Assembly: GCA_900772495.1 (NCBI GenBank)
Contig: CAAHEJ010000025.1
Location: forward strand, 1 to 44,564
Direction: 5' to 3'
DNA from: an uncultured Campylobacter sp.
Lineage (GTDB): Bacteria; Campylobacterota; Campylobacteria; Campylobacterales; Campylobacteraceae
DNA length: 44,564 nucleotides
The notes beneath the pieces are model-generated. The model was not told where the DNA came from and ran no database searches. It worked only from the letters and a program-made list of their open reading frames with translations. The translations under genes and the position numbers were made by a program. This document shows, piece after piece, positions 31,325 to 42,160 of this stretch (position 1 is the stretch's first letter; the number at the start of each line of letters is the position of its first letter).

Positions 31325-32037
31325 TGTTTGCTAACTTTTTGCGCTATAAACGCCGTGCTTATGCCAAGGCTAAAACTCTCCACGCTCAAAAGCCTAAAAT
31401 TCGCACTTTCTAGCTCACTGATAAGCTCATCTTGCCTTAAAAAGCCCTCGATAGAAAGGGGCAAATACTCATAGGCGCCCTTGTCGTGGCTGATAAGCCC
31501 ACCAAGTGCTGGCAAAATGTGCTTTAAGTAAAAATCCCTGCACCACGCTAAAAGTCCGCCCTTGTCGCGTTTGGTAAATTCTAAAATCAGCAAAATGCCC
31601 TCATCTTTTAGCACTCTGTTAAATTCGCTCAAAGCCTTTTGCCTCTGAGTAACATTTCGCAAACCATAGCTTATACTCACAATATCCGCGCTGCCGTCCT
31701 TTACGGGCAAATCTTGCGCAAAAGCCTCGATAAATTCAAGCTTTTCAAATTTTTTTCTTGCGATTTCAAGCATAGCCGAGCTTGGGTCTATGCCCTTAAT
31801 GCTTTGAATTTCCTTGTTAAATTCGGGGCATTTTTGCTGCCAAAGGGCTATCATATCGCCCGTGCCGCAAGCTATGTCAAGTATGTCAAGTTTTGCGGGC
31901 TTTATCAGGCTTAAAACGCTCTTTATGCCAGCGTTTCGCCAGCTCGTATCCACGCCAAAGCTTAAAATTCGGTTGAGTTTGTCATAAGTTGGCGCGATTT
32001 TGTTAAACATTTCCACGATTTGTTCTTGCTTTTGCAT
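31321..32037 (-). CDS. ubiE: Menaquinone/ubiquinone C-methyltransferase
   Basis: FNKIAPTYD..N..LSFG, DIACGTGD, SYGLRNV, YEYL..SI; ATG overlaps the perR stop. Confidence 0.93.
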   Translation of the reverse strand: MQKQEQIVEMFNKIAPTYDKLNRILSFGVDTSWRNAGIKSVLSLIKPAKLDILDIACGTGDMIALWQQKCPEFNKEIQSIKGIDPSSAMLEIARKKFEKLEFIEAFAQDLPVKDGSADIVSISYGLRNVTQRQKALSEFNRVLKDEGILLILEFTKRDKGGLLAWCRDFYLKHILPALGGLISHDKGAYEYLPLSIEGFLRQDELISELESANFRLLSVESFSLGISTAFIAQKVSKQ

Positions 32038-32447
32038 TACAAACACCTATCACAACGGCTCGTGTAAGCTATGACACTGAGTTTTTCTATGAAATTTCCG
32101 AGCTTTTTTTCAAGCTCTTCTTGATATTTGCCTAAATTTTCGTGCTTGAAATCAAAGTCCATAATGCGCCCGCACTTGCTGCAAACGATATGAATGTGCG
32201 GCTCTTCGTAAATGTCGTAGCAAGCCTTTTGGTTTGGGACATTGACCTCCACGACTAAGCCTTGCCTTTCGAGTGTGCTGAGATTTTTATACACTGTGGC
32301 AAGCGAGATGGACGGATACTCGCTCTTTACTTGGGTATAAAGCTCGTCAATGTTGGGGTGCTCGTGCTTTTTGAGAATTTTAAGCACGCAAAGCCTTTGC
32401 GGAGTGGCTTTTAAATCGTGTTCTTTGAGTAGTTTCAACAAATCCAT
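32037..32447 (-). CDS. perR: Fur-family peroxide stress regulator
   Basis: LKATPQR, HP, SLATVYKNL, HIHIVCSKCG, CDRC; position next to dxs. Confidence 0.88.
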   Translation of the reverse strand: MDLLKLLKEHDLKATPQRLCVLKILKKHEHPNIDELYTQVKSEYPSISLATVYKNLSTLERQGLVVEVNVPNQKACYDIYEEPHIHIVCSKCGRIMDFDFKHENLGKYQEELEKKLGNFIEKLSVIAYTSRCDRCL

Positions 32448-32520
32448 AGCAAAACCTCATTTTTTGCTTACAATCATAGCCAAAAAAGATTAAGAAAAAG
32501 TTTGTGTTAAGTGATATTTT

Positions 32521-34362
32521 TTATCCATTAGCGCATTGCAAAATTTTTTTAGTGATTGCTTTCACGCTTAAATTTAAAGATTTTTCCACCTCATCGGTGT
32601 TGCCGTGTTCGATGAATTTGTCCTCATACTCAAAACTTACAAGCCTTATATGGTTTAAATTTGCTCTTTGTAAGAAGCTGGTGATTAAAGAGCCTACGCC
32701 GCCGATTTTAGCACTTGGAGAAAAGACAAACCAAATTTTTGTTTTTTGGGCTAAATTTGTAAGCAAAGTTTCGTCCAAAGGCTTAGCAAAGATTAAATCA
32801 ACCAAATTCGCATAATCTTTCTCGCCCTCTTTTTCACATTCGTCTAAAACAAGCTTTGCCGTGCCAACGCCTTGTCCGTAGCCTAAAAAGGCGATTTGGC
32901 TTGAATTTTCGCGCAAAATTTGCGCTTTGCCGAGTTTTATTTTAACAGCACCAAACTCATCATCAAGCAAAAAAGCTCCGCGCGGATAACGAAAGGCTAA
33001 ACAACCCTTGTGAGAGTAAGCATAATCCATCACAGCCCTCATCATCGCCTCATCTCTTGGGGCTAAAAGCGTTAAATTTGGTAGTGGCGCAAGAAAACTC
33101 ACATCAAAAGCACCTTGATGAGTCTCGCCGTCCTCGCCCACGATGCCTGCTCTATCCATAGCAAAGACGACATTTAAATTCATAATCGCGCAATCGTGTA
33201 TCACTTGGTCATAAGCTCGTTGCAAAAAGGTAGAATAAATAGCTATAAAGGGCTTAAAGCCCTCTTTTGCCATAGCCGCCATCGAAGTAACGGCGTGCTG
33301 CTCGGCTATGGCGACATCCCAAAAGCGATTTGGATACTTTTCTATGAGCGCATCAAGTCCCGTGCCATTTGGCATAGCTGCGGTAACGCCTACTATATCG
33401 CTGTGTTTTTCGGCTAAATTCAGCAAATTTTGGCTAAAAAGCTCGGTAGCACTTTTTTTTGCGCCCGCTTTTTTGATGAATTCGCCTGTGCTTATGTCAA
33501 ATGCGCCAACCCCGTGCCATTTAGCGTTTTTACCCTCAGCTGGTGCGTAACCCTTGCCTTTTATGGTTTGAGTATGGACTATACAAGGTTTTTTCATAGC
33601 CTTTGCCTTTTTCAGCACGCTGATAAGCTCGCTTATGTCGTGTCCGTTAATCACGCCTATGTATTCAAGTCCCATTTCTTCAAACAAAATGCCCGGCGTG
33701 ATGAGTTTAAGGCTTTCCTCAAAGCGTTTTGCCATATAAGTGGCACTTTGGGGCAGATACTCCAAAAGATTTTCCACGCCTTTTTTGAATTTTTGATAAA
33801 ATGAGCTTGCCATAGCGCCTGAAAGGTGTTTAGAAATCGCGCCTATGGGCTTGCTTATGCTCATTTCGTTGTCGTTTAAAATGATGACACAAGGGTATTT
33901 TTTATCTCCAAGCTCGTTTAAAGCCTCATACACCATACCCGCACTCATCGCGCCGTCTCCTATGAGCGCGATGGGAATTTTGTCCTCATTTTTTAATGCA
34001 ATAGCCTTACACGCGCCTACAAGCAAAGAAATAGAAGTGCTTGAATGCCCAGCTACAAAGTAATCGCCCTCATTTGGCTTGGTGTAGCCGCTTACTCCGC
34101 CAAGTTGCCGCAAATTTATCAAATCACGCCCCGTAAGGATTTTGTGAGCATAACTTTGATGAGAAACATCAAAAATAAAAGGCTCGCTCTTAAAGTCAAA
34201 CACAGCGTGCATCGCTAGTGTAAGCTCCACAACGCCTAAATTTGAGCTTAAATGCCCACCGTTTTTGCTTACTGCTTTGATAATCTCACTGCGAAGCTCG
34301 CTGGCTAAATTTTCAAGCTCATTGAGTGAAAGCTCTTTGAGCTGCTCGTAAGAGTGCGTCAT
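32521..34362 (-). CDS. dxs: 1-deoxy-D-xylulose-5-phosphate synthase
   Basis: GGHLSSNLG, DVSHQ, GHSSTSIS, GDG..NDN, IAEQHA, DRAG.VGEDG.TH, RYPRG. Confidence 0.97.
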   Translation of the reverse strand: MTHSYEQLKELSLNELENLASELRSEIIKAVSKNGGHLSSNLGVVELTLAMHAVFDFKSEPFIFDVSHQSYAHKILTGRDLINLRQLGGVSGYTKPNEGDYFVAGHSSTSISLLVGACKAIALKNEDKIPIALIGDGAMSAGMVYEALNELGDKKYPCVIILNDNEMSISKPIGAISKHLSGAMASSFYQKFKKGVENLLEYLPQSATYMAKRFEESLKLITPGILFEEMGLEYIGVINGHDISELISVLKKAKAMKKPCIVHTQTIKGKGYAPAEGKNAKWHGVGAFDISTGEFIKKAGAKKSATELFSQNLLNLAEKHSDIVGVTAAMPNGTGLDALIEKYPNRFWDVAIAEQHAVTSMAAMAKEGFKPFIAIYSTFLQRAYDQVIHDCAIMNLNVVFAMDRAGIVGEDGETHQGAFDVSFLAPLPNLTLLAPRDEAMMRAVMDYAYSHKGCLAFRYPRGAFLLDDEFGAVKIKLGKAQILRENSSQIAFLGYGQGVGTAKLVLDECEKEGEKDYANLVDLIFAKPLDETLLTNLAQKTKIWFVFSPSAKIGGVGSLITSFLQRANLNHIRLVSFEYEDKFIEHGNTDEVEKSLNLSVKAITKKILQCANG

Positions 34363-35156
34363 TCGCTTGCCATTTGTTTGATTTTGTTTAAGCGGCTGTT
34401 TAAATCAGACTCTATGTTGCCCTTGTCGCTCAAAACCACTACACTGCCTTTTGAAATCGCATCATCAAGGCTTACTTTCACCTTTGAATTTAAGGCAAGT
34501 TTGGATTTGACAAAGTCATAATCGCTCGGGCTGATTTTAAGCTCCACGCTCGCTGCGCCTTTGAGTTCGGCGATGAGTTTTTGGGCTAAATTTAGGGCAA
34601 TTTGCGCCGAACGCTCGCTTAATTCTTGACTGATAACATCTTGGGCGATTTCTATGGCGGCGTTTGCAAGTTCTTTTTCGTTTTTGCTGATAAATTCAGC
34701 TAAATTCTGACTGGTTTCATCAAGTCTTGCGATACTTTTAGCGAATTTATCCCTTAACTCGCCAAGTTCTCTTTCGCTCTCCGCCTTTGCGCGCTCGTAT
34801 CCTGCTTGCTCGGCGTCTTTTTTGTTAAGTTCTAATTTTGCTTCAAATTCTTTTTGCTGGTTTTCAAGCTTCATTTCAAGCTGGGTTTCAGCCCGCGCTG
34901 CCTTGTCGATAATCTCTTCTTTTTCTTTCAAAAGCTCGACTATCCTTTGGGCTGAGCTGTTTTGCGTGCTTTCTTGCTCGTTTGCTTGGGCTTCATCTTG
35001 CGTTTCATCGCTGTTTGAATTTGCTTGCCTTACTTGTTCTTCTTTTTGGTTTTTTTGCTCTTGCATACTTGCAAACTCGCTCATTACCTTAAAATGATAG
35101 CCGTCTATGATATGCTCTTTGGTGTCGCTTGGGGAGATGACATTTGTGTTTTTCAT
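34359..35156 (-). CDS. fliH: Flagellar assembly protein FliH
   Basis: Coiled-coil protein after fliG, AxxxG repeat, C-terminal DDAISKGSVVV..GNIE. Confidence 0.9.
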   Translation of the reverse strand: MKNTNVISPSDTKEHIIDGYHFKVMSEFASMQEQKNQKEEQVRQANSNSDETQDEAQANEQESTQNSSAQRIVELLKEKEEIIDKAARAETQLEMKLENQQKEFEAKLELNKKDAEQAGYERAKAESERELGELRDKFAKSIARLDETSQNLAEFISKNEKELANAAIEIAQDVISQELSERSAQIALNLAQKLIAELKGAASVELKISPSDYDFVKSKLALNSKVKVSLDDAISKGSVVVLSDKGNIESDLNSRLNKIKQMASE

Positions 35157-35157
35157 T

Positions 35158-36186
35158 TTATTCTATAACCTCATCGCCTTCGCCCATTTGGATTACGCCT
35201 TGTTCGTTGAGTTTTTGCACGATTTCTACAACCTTTCTTTGCGCTGCCTCGACATCTTTTACACGCACTGCGCCCAAAAAGCCCATTTCTTCGATAAAGG
35301 TTTCGCTTGCACGGCTTGACATATTTGAAAGGAATTTTTGCCTAAGCCCATCACTAGAACCTTTAAGCCCTATCATCAAGTCTTTTTTGTCAGCTACTTT
35401 GAGTATCTCGCGTATAGCTGGGTTGCCAAGTTTAGCGATATCATCAAAGGTAAACATAAGCTCTTTGATAGTTGTGGCAAGCTCTGGGTCGCTTTGCTCT
35501 AACTGAGCGATGATGGATTTTGCCGCGGTTTGTCCTAAGCGGTTTATCATCTCAGCCACCGCACGCGGTCCGCCTACTTCTACCTTTGTGCCTGCAAAGT
35601 TTTCTAAATGTTTTTCTAACACGGCTGATACCCTTTTAATGATAGCTGGGGAAATGTCGCCTAAATTCGCCATTCTTATAACTACATCAGCCCTTTGGTC
35701 TTCGTTAAAATACTCCAAAGTCTCCGCTGAATGCACTGAATCCATATGAGCAAGTATGAGTGCGATGGTTTGTGGGTGTTCTTTGGAGATAAAATCAGCA
35801 AGTTGCTGTGGCTTCACCTGTCCTAAATAGCTGAAATTTTGGTCTGTTTCCATACTTTTGGTAAGCTTTTCCAAAATCTTATTTGCCATTTCGGGTCCAA
35901 AGGTCTTGAAAAGCAACTCTTTGGCGTAGTCAAAGCCGCCTGTTTTGATGAATTGATTTGATTGTAAGATAGAGTAAAATTCCTCCAACACCGCTGTGGC
36001 TACGGCTTTATCAACCTTTTTAGCTTGGGCTATGTAGCGTGAAATTTCGGTTATGGGATTTATCTCCATATGTGAAAAAAGCGAAGTGGTGATGTCCTCA
36101 CCAAGCTGTATGAGCATAATAGCGACTTTCTCAGCCATAGATAAATCATCATAAACTATCTTTTGTTGTTCGCTCAGCTTTATCAT
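35158..36186 (-). CDS. fliG: Flagellar motor switch protein FliG
   Basis: EHPQTIAL, VGG, MFTFDD, NMSSRA, VRVKDVEAAQ. Confidence 0.97.
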   Translation of the reverse strand: MIKLSEQQKIVYDDLSMAEKVAIMLIQLGEDITTSLFSHMEINPITEISRYIAQAKKVDKAVATAVLEEFYSILQSNQFIKTGGFDYAKELLFKTFGPEMANKILEKLTKSMETDQNFSYLGQVKPQQLADFISKEHPQTIALILAHMDSVHSAETLEYFNEDQRADVVIRMANLGDISPAIIKRVSAVLEKHLENFAGTKVEVGGPRAVAEMINRLGQTAAKSIIAQLEQSDPELATTIKELMFTFDDIAKLGNPAIREILKVADKKDLMIGLKGSSDGLRQKFLSNMSSRASETFIEEMGFLGAVRVKDVEAAQRKVVEIVQKLNEQGVIQMGEGDEVIE

Positions 36187-37871
36187 TATATATCCTTGCT
36201 TTCACTGGGCGTGTCGCTTTCGACAAGGCTTTGCAAGACATTAGCGACTTCTTCGGTTTTGTCATTAACTAAGGCTTTTAATTTTTCGATTAAGATATCA
36301 TACTGCAATGCGTCCTCATCGATACCATCGGTAAGTCCAAGCTGCTTTTCAGCTTGCTCGCGCGCTCTTTTGAGCTTGTCAAGCATATCCTCAGTATCTT
36401 CGACAGGCTGTGTTTCCTCAGCGAGCTGCTCATCTGTCGTTTCATAATCAGCAAGCATTTTTTGCGTAAATGGCGCGATAACTTTTTTGTAAAAGATGAA
36501 GAGTAAAATCGCGGCGATGAGGTATTTTAAAGACGGCAACAAAGGACTGACATAGCGATCGTAGAAATTCCCCGCCTTGCTTTCATCGTAAAGTTTTGGT
36601 TCATACTCGGCTACGGCAACCTTGTCTCCGCGTGTGGCGTCAAAGTTGATTATCCCTCTAACAATTTTTTCAACCTCTGCCATTTCAGCTGGTGTAGATG
36701 AAACATACTCACCACCTATCACTTTGCCGCTTTCATCTTTAATTTCTCTATATCTTTTCGGTATGGATGCGGTGGCTGAAACATTGACGATTTTAGGAAA
36801 AGAAACTTTTTTATTTGTTACTGTTTTGCCTACTTCGTTATTAACCGTTACTTGGTCTTTAAGCGACCATTCAAGCGGACTTGGTCCATCAAGCCCTTCA
36901 ACAGGTCCTATGTTTGAAACGGCTCCGGGCACGCCTTGTATCACAGGAGCTTTGCGCCCTTGTGATTCTTCGTGTAAGGTTTGCTTACTACGAATCACCG
37001 TGTTTGGGTCGTAAATTTCACTTTGAGTTTCTACCTTTGAAAAGTCAAATTGTATTTCAACCGTTGCATACACATTGTCAGTTTTGCCATTAGCGTATGG
37101 TGCGAGATTTCTAATGATTTTTTCTTCAAGCTCAGCTACTCTATTTTTGCGGTAGCGCTCCTCCTCAGCTCTCACTTCGTTTTCATAGAGTTCTTGCTGG
37201 TCAAGCGGCATACCCTTTTGATCGACAATTTTGATGTTGTCAAGGGTGAGCTTTGGCACGGCGGCTGAAACTATGTTTTTGATACCATCGATTTGTTTTC
37301 TACTAAGCCTCAAACCTTGTCTTATCGACACGGCAACAGATGCTGTGGGCGGCACTTGTCTTTCAGTGAAAACGCTGTCTTTTGGAAAGGCTATATGCAC
37401 CACAGCCTTTTCTATGGGTTCAAGTGCTGAGATAGTGCGGGCTAGCTCGCCCTCAATGGCACGCTGGAATTTCACATCCATTTCTTTGCTTGTCGCGCCA
37501 AATTGCTGGTTGTCAAAAAGCTCAAAGCCCGTGCTTCTATCTTTTATCAGCCCTTCGCTGGCTATCATCATTCTTTGGCGATGTAAATCCTCTTGGGGAA
37601 CTAAAATAGTTTTTTCATTTTCGATGTGATACTTTATGCCGTCTTTTTCAAGCCTTGCGACAATAGCCGCTGCATCGCCCGCGCCTATATCTTGCACAAG
37701 CACGGCATAGCCTGTGTTTGCGCCTGCACTACTGCCACCCTTGTAAAGCGCTAAAAACACTAAAAACGCGATAACAACGACAACAGAAACGATGATAACT
37801 ATGCGTTGCCTTTTAGTGAGCTTTTGGTAAATCAAACTCACTTGGTGCATCATATTTTTAAATTCTTCCAT
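36186..37871 (-). CDS. fliF: Flagellar M-ring protein FliF
   Basis: Two TM segments, GFELFD..FG.T, RAIEGELARTI, PTASV, GVPGAVSN. Confidence 0.96.
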   Translation of the reverse strand: MEEFKNMMHQVSLIYQKLTKRQRIVIIVSVVVVIAFLVFLALYKGGSSAGANTGYAVLVQDIGAGDAAAIVARLEKDGIKYHIENEKTILVPQEDLHRQRMMIASEGLIKDRSTGFELFDNQQFGATSKEMDVKFQRAIEGELARTISALEPIEKAVVHIAFPKDSVFTERQVPPTASVAVSIRQGLRLSRKQIDGIKNIVSAAVPKLTLDNIKIVDQKGMPLDQQELYENEVRAEEERYRKNRVAELEEKIIRNLAPYANGKTDNVYATVEIQFDFSKVETQSEIYDPNTVIRSKQTLHEESQGRKAPVIQGVPGAVSNIGPVEGLDGPSPLEWSLKDQVTVNNEVGKTVTNKKVSFPKIVNVSATASIPKRYREIKDESGKVIGGEYVSSTPAEMAEVEKIVRGIINFDATRGDKVAVAEYEPKLYDESKAGNFYDRYVSPLLPSLKYLIAAILLFIFYKKVIAPFTQKMLADYETTDEQLAEETQPVEDTEDMLDKLKRAREQAEKQLGLTDGIDEDALQYDILIEKLKALVNDKTEEVANVLQSLVESDTPSESKDI

Positions 37872-38122
37872 ACACCTGTATCCTTATAAACTCAAATTCA
37901 CAAAGCCTTCGCCACAAAATGAGTGTTTGAAAATACTTTTTTATGGTAATGTTAGCCATATCAAGCCCCAAACTTTTCAAAATTTCGTCATTATTATACA
38001 CTTTTTAAGCAAAAATTCAATATCTTTTTGCTAAAAAGCAAAAAATTCACTCTTTTTATCGACTTTTTAGCTTAAAAATTTACATTTTTGTCCCTAAATT
38101 TCGCTAAATTTTTAAATTTTTC

Positions 38123-39214
38123 TCACAAAAGTGGCTTAAATTCATCAAAAAACGCGTCATTTTCCTCTTTTAAGCCTATGGTTATGCGGATAGCATTTAA
38201 ACCGTAACTTTTCAAATCCCTTACAATAATACCTTTTTTAAGCAGCTCATTTGCCAAAGCTGAACTTTGATGAGTTTCAAAAAAATAAGTGATAAAATTC
38301 GTGTAAGAATCAATAAATTCAATCCCATTTTGCCTTGCAAAGTCCTCATATCGCTTCATCTGCGTGAAATTGTTTTGCAAGGTTTGTTCTACAAATTCCT
38401 TATCATCAAGGGCGACACAGGCGGCTTTTAAGCTCAAATTTGTTACATTAAAGGGCGCGCGAAGCTTGTAAAAAGCCTTTATGATAGCCTCATTTGCTAT
38501 ACCATAGCCAACACGCAAGCCTCCAAGCGCATAAAGCTTTGAAAAAGTGCCAAGATAAAGCACATTGCTAAATTCAGCGCAAAGTTTTGCGGGGTTTAAA
38601 TGCTTTTTTTCGTCCTTAAAGCTGGCAAATTCGTTATAAGCCGCATCAAGCACCACTAAACAATCCTCATCAACGCCCCTTATAAACTCACGCACCGCTT
38701 TGCTATCCAAACACTCGCCCAAAGGGTTGTTTGGCACGCACAAAAATATCATCTTAATCTCATCTTTGTGCGCTTCATAAAGGGCACGAAACTCGCTCAA
38801 ATCGTGCGTTATGCTCGCTGTTTTGTAGCATTTACTTTGCGTTTGCTTTGCGTAAATTTGATACATAGCAAAGGTAACGCCACACTGCAAAAAGGCATTG
38901 CGCGAATTTAGCTTTGAGTGAATGGCAAATTCGATGATTTGGTCGCTTCCTGCGCCGATGATGATTTGATTTTCGCCCACATTATAGTGCTTTGAAAGCT
39001 TAAATTTAAGCTCACTCATCGTGTCATCTGGGTAAAGGTGCGCTAAATGCGCGTTTGCCTTTAAGCACTCAACCACCTTTTTGCTTGCACCAAGCGGGTT
39101 TTCGTTGCTTGCAAGTTTGATGACTTTTTTAAGTCCAAACTCACGCGCTATCACTTCTATATCCTTGCCCGGTTCGTAGTTAGCAAGCTGTCCTAAAAAT
39201 TCGTTAAATTGCAT
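38123..39214 (-). CDS. hisC: Histidinol-phosphate aminotransferase
   Basis: [43 protein letters not shown]; start MQFNEF. Confidence 0.95.
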   Translation of the reverse strand: MQFNEFLGQLANYEPGKDIEVIAREFGLKKVIKLASNENPLGASKKVVECLKANAHLAHLYPDDTMSELKFKLSKHYNVGENQIIIGAGSDQIIEFAIHSKLNSRNAFLQCGVTFAMYQIYAKQTQSKCYKTASITHDLSEFRALYEAHKDEIKMIFLCVPNNPLGECLDSKAVREFIRGVDEDCLVVLDAAYNEFASFKDEKKHLNPAKLCAEFSNVLYLGTFSKLYALGGLRVGYGIANEAIIKAFYKLRAPFNVTNLSLKAACVALDDKEFVEQTLQNNFTQMKRYEDFARQNGIEFIDSYTNFITYFFETHQSSALANELLKKGIIVRDLKSYGLNAIRITIGLKEENDAFFDEFKPLL

Positions 39215-40280
39215 TGTTTTCTCCTGACAAATACGAGCCAAGCCACATTATATCCTTGTGTTTGGCAAGAATTTTTTGCACATTTTCATCATCAATATGC
39301 CCTTCAAAATCCATATAAAAACTATAATCAAACGCCTTTGTCTTCGCTGGACGGCTTTCTAATCTTGTTAAATTTATGTGCGCTTTTTTAAAATCATTAA
39401 GCAAATCGCTAAGGCTTCCTGGCTTGTGTGCTGTGTGCGCTAAAATCGAGCTTTTACAACCCGCTGTTTTTGGAAATTTACTCTTGCTTAAAATCAAAAA
39501 ACGCGTGCGGTTTGAGGCATTGTCTTCAATGCTTTCAAACAAAATCGGCACATTGTAGAGTTTTGCGGCGATTTTAGAGCAAATGGCGGCTGAATTTTCG
39601 TCCTTTGAGGCTAAAAAAGCCGCGTTTGAAGTGGATTTTGAGGGCATAAATTCAAGCTCATTAAGGTTGTGGCTTTCTAAAAACAAGCGGCATTGATTGT
39701 AGCCTTGCGGGTGCGAGTAAATGCGCTTGATAGCCTTTAAATCCTTGTTTAAACTCACAAAAGAATGATGAATGTCCATATAAAGTTCAGCATAAATTTT
39801 AAGCTCGCTGTAAATACTTAAACAATCAAGCGTAACGCCCACCGCGCCTGCTGTGTTGTTTTCTATCGGCACGAGAGCGTAATTTACTTCATCATTGTCA
39901 AGTGCCTTAAACACCGCTTCAATGCTAGCTAGCGCGACATAAGAGCTAATCGCCCCAAAACGACTCATCGCCGCTTGATGAGTGTAACTTCCCTCAGGTC
40001 CCAAATACGCCACGCTTTGAGGCTTTTCTAAATTCCTTGACACCGCAAAAATTTCTTGGTAAATCGCTTCTATCGCCCTTGTGCTTAAAAGCCCATTATT
40101 TAGCTTTTCAAGCCTTTGGACAATAGCCCTTTCGCGCTCAGGACGATAAACTGAGCTTTGAGTCTTGTCTTTAAGCTCGCCGATTTGCTTTACCACTGAC
40201 ATTCTTTCGTTTAAAAGCCCTAAAATTTGCGTATCAAGCTCGTCTATGCTTGTGCGCAACTTCTCTAAATCCTTCATCAT
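39204..40280 (-). CDS. pheA: Chorismate mutase/prephenate dehydratase
   Basis: LR..ID..D, YRPERE, LGPEGSY, PIEN, SHPQ, NRTRF, LESRP. Confidence 0.96.
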   Translation of the reverse strand: MMKDLEKLRTSIDELDTQILGLLNERMSVVKQIGELKDKTQSSVYRPERERAIVQRLEKLNNGLLSTRAIEAIYQEIFAVSRNLEKPQSVAYLGPEGSYTHQAAMSRFGAISSYVALASIEAVFKALDNDEVNYALVPIENNTAGAVGVTLDCLSIYSELKIYAELYMDIHHSFVSLNKDLKAIKRIYSHPQGYNQCRLFLESHNLNELEFMPSKSTSNAAFLASKDENSAAICSKIAAKLYNVPILFESIEDNASNRTRFLILSKSKFPKTAGCKSSILAHTAHKPGSLSDLLNDFKKAHINLTRLESRPAKTKAFDYSFYMDFEGHIDDENVQKILAKHKDIMWLGSYLSGENNAI

Positions 40281-41047
40281 TTATCCTTTGTTTTAAGCTC
40301 GTTTAAAAACTCATTCACACTCTCATAAACCCTATCATCAGCCCTTAAATCAAGCCCCTTGCTTGAATTTAGCTTACCACTTAAAACAAGTGCTATGTGC
40401 ATTTTCATTTCACGCGCTTTGAGTAAATCGCCCGTAAAATCATCGCTGATGATGAGTGTGTTGCTAAATCTCGCACCCTTATCTTGTGCTTGCAAAAGCC
40501 TTAAAGCACTTTCATAAAAGGCAGCACTTGGCTTGCCAAAGACTTCATAGCTAGCATTTGTGGCGTATTGCAACATTTTCATTATCGCTCCAACTCCTGG
40601 GTAGCTTTTAGAATTTTTTTTGTAAATGCTCGTTTCGTGCATCGCTATGAGCCTAACGCCCTTTTTTACACATTCTATCATCAAAGCAAAGTCATCAAAG
40701 CTGAATTTATCATAGCTTGCCACAAGCAAGGCTTTTGGCGTTTCATAATCAAGGCTAAATTCAAGCTCACACAGGGCATTTTTAAACTCATCAGCCCCAA
40801 AAGCAGCCACCTTGCAAGGTGCTAACCTTTGCTTTAACACAAAAAATGGGTCTAAATACGCATTGTCCTTTATGTCAAGCCCCTTTTTGCGTAAATTTTG
40901 CAAAAAATTCAAGTCCTTTGTGTTGTTTGTGATGATGACATAAGGAATTTGCTTTAAATTCAGCCACGACACAAGCTCACTCGCCCCTTTTATAAGGCTT
41001 TTATCATTATCATTTATCAATGTCCCTTGCACATCTAAAAAAAGCAT
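40277..41047 (-). CDS. HAD-IIA family hydrolase
   Basis: FLDVQGTL, ITNNT, GKPS, ISDD..GD, LVLSGK; start at MLFLD with AAAGGA SD. Confidence 0.88.
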   Translation of the reverse strand: MLFLDVQGTLINDNDKSLIKGASELVSWLNLKQIPYVIITNNTKDLNFLQNLRKKGLDIKDNAYLDPFFVLKQRLAPCKVAAFGADEFKNALCELEFSLDYETPKALLVASYDKFSFDDFALMIECVKKGVRLIAMHETSIYKKNSKSYPGVGAIMKMLQYATNASYEVFGKPSAAFYESALRLLQAQDKGARFSNTLIISDDFTGDLLKAREMKMHIALVLSGKLNSSKGLDLRADDRVYESVNEFLNELKTKDK

Positions 41048-41048
41048 T

Positions 41049-42074
41049 TTAGCCTGTCCTTTCGTCAAATTTTTCCAAAATATGCAGGTATTCTGTCGTA
41101 AAATCTTGCTTTTGCGCTCTTTTTGAGTCCGCTTTAAAGCGTTGGTATGATTTACTTTTAAGCTCGTATTTGCCGTAATTTGAAAAGATTTGAGCTATTT
41201 CTTTTAAACTTAAAATTCCTTCATCATTATAGCTTAAAAATATCCATTTAAACCTTGCTTTTTTGATTAAATTTTCCATAGCCTTTGCCACGCTTGCTTT
41301 CTTGCAAAATGCGCTTTTTTCATACTCGCGCAAGCCTGTTTTGCCCTGTGGCACAAAGTCATCATAAAGGGCGATTGTGTTTAGCAAATGGTAGTTTGCG
41401 CCGTATTCTCGAGCATTATAAGGCGGGTCAAGGTATAAAATATCGCCCTTTATGCGCTCTATCAAATCACTTGCATTTTGATTATACACTTCGTGAGAGT
41501 TGTCGTTACACTCAAATTCAGCGCCCTTAAATTCAAGGCTTTGCAAGGCTGTTTTTTTGAGTTTTTTTAAAAAAGCCCCATAAACACAAGCCACATTTGC
41601 TACCTTATCAGCCGCTTCTAAAAGCGAGGCGAGCAAGAAATAATACTCATTTGAATTTATGGAATTTGTTTTTTTAAGCCGTTCAAGCTCTTGGCGAATC
41701 GCATCGATTTTAAGGGCGTTTTTATCGCTAAAATACAGCCTTTGATGAGCTTTTTGCTTTGTGCCACCAAAAGAATAATTTTCATAAATTTTACCCCTAA
41801 CGCCTTTTAAATTTGCTAAATTACTCACCAAAAAGCCTTTATTTTCAAGTTTTGTGTGATTTTCTATGTAGTTTTTATTCAGCACAAAGGCGTAAAATTC
41901 TTTATCATTTGCGATAATCTTTTTTACCTTGCCTTTAAAAGCCCTGCCAACTGCGCCCGTGCCAGCAAACAAATCACAAAACACACACTCATTTAAGGGC
42001 TTTGAAACGCGTTCTTTTATGCTTTCAAAGATAAAATCACTGAGTTTAAATTTCGAGCCTATGTAGTTCATCAT
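41049..42074 (-). CDS. D12-class N6-adenine DNA methyltransferase, M.NlaIII/M.HpyI-like (predicted CATG)
   Basis: MNYIGSK, DLFAGTG, ADKVAN..VYGAFLK, YLDPPYN, YGANYHLLN, GKTGL, FLSYN, RFKAD, EYLHILEK. Confidence 0.9.
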   Translation of the reverse strand: MMNYIGSKFKLSDFIFESIKERVSKPLNECVFCDLFAGTGAVGRAFKGKVKKIIANDKEFYAFVLNKNYIENHTKLENKGFLVSNLANLKGVRGKIYENYSFGGTKQKAHQRLYFSDKNALKIDAIRQELERLKKTNSINSNEYYFLLASLLEAADKVANVACVYGAFLKKLKKTALQSLEFKGAEFECNDNSHEVYNQNASDLIERIKGDILYLDPPYNAREYGANYHLLNTIALYDDFVPQGKTGLREYEKSAFCKKASVAKAMENLIKKARFKWIFLSYNDEGILSLKEIAQIFSNYGKYELKSKSYQRFKADSKRAQKQDFTTEYLHILEKFDERTG

Positions 42075-42160
42075 TCCTCTCCATAGAGCTTTTTCATCAT
42101 AAATTCAAGCGTGTTTTTTGACATTTTCAATTCTAATTTATCCAGCACATTTTGGTTCAT
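42071..42160 (-). CDS. 29-aa bridging mini-ORF, possible gene remnant
   Basis: MNQNVLDKLELKMSKNTLEFMMKKLYGEE*; ATGA overlaps with both the lysA stop and the methyltransferase start. Confidence 0.45.
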   Translation of the reverse strand: MNQNVLDKLELKMSKNTLEFMMKKLYGEE

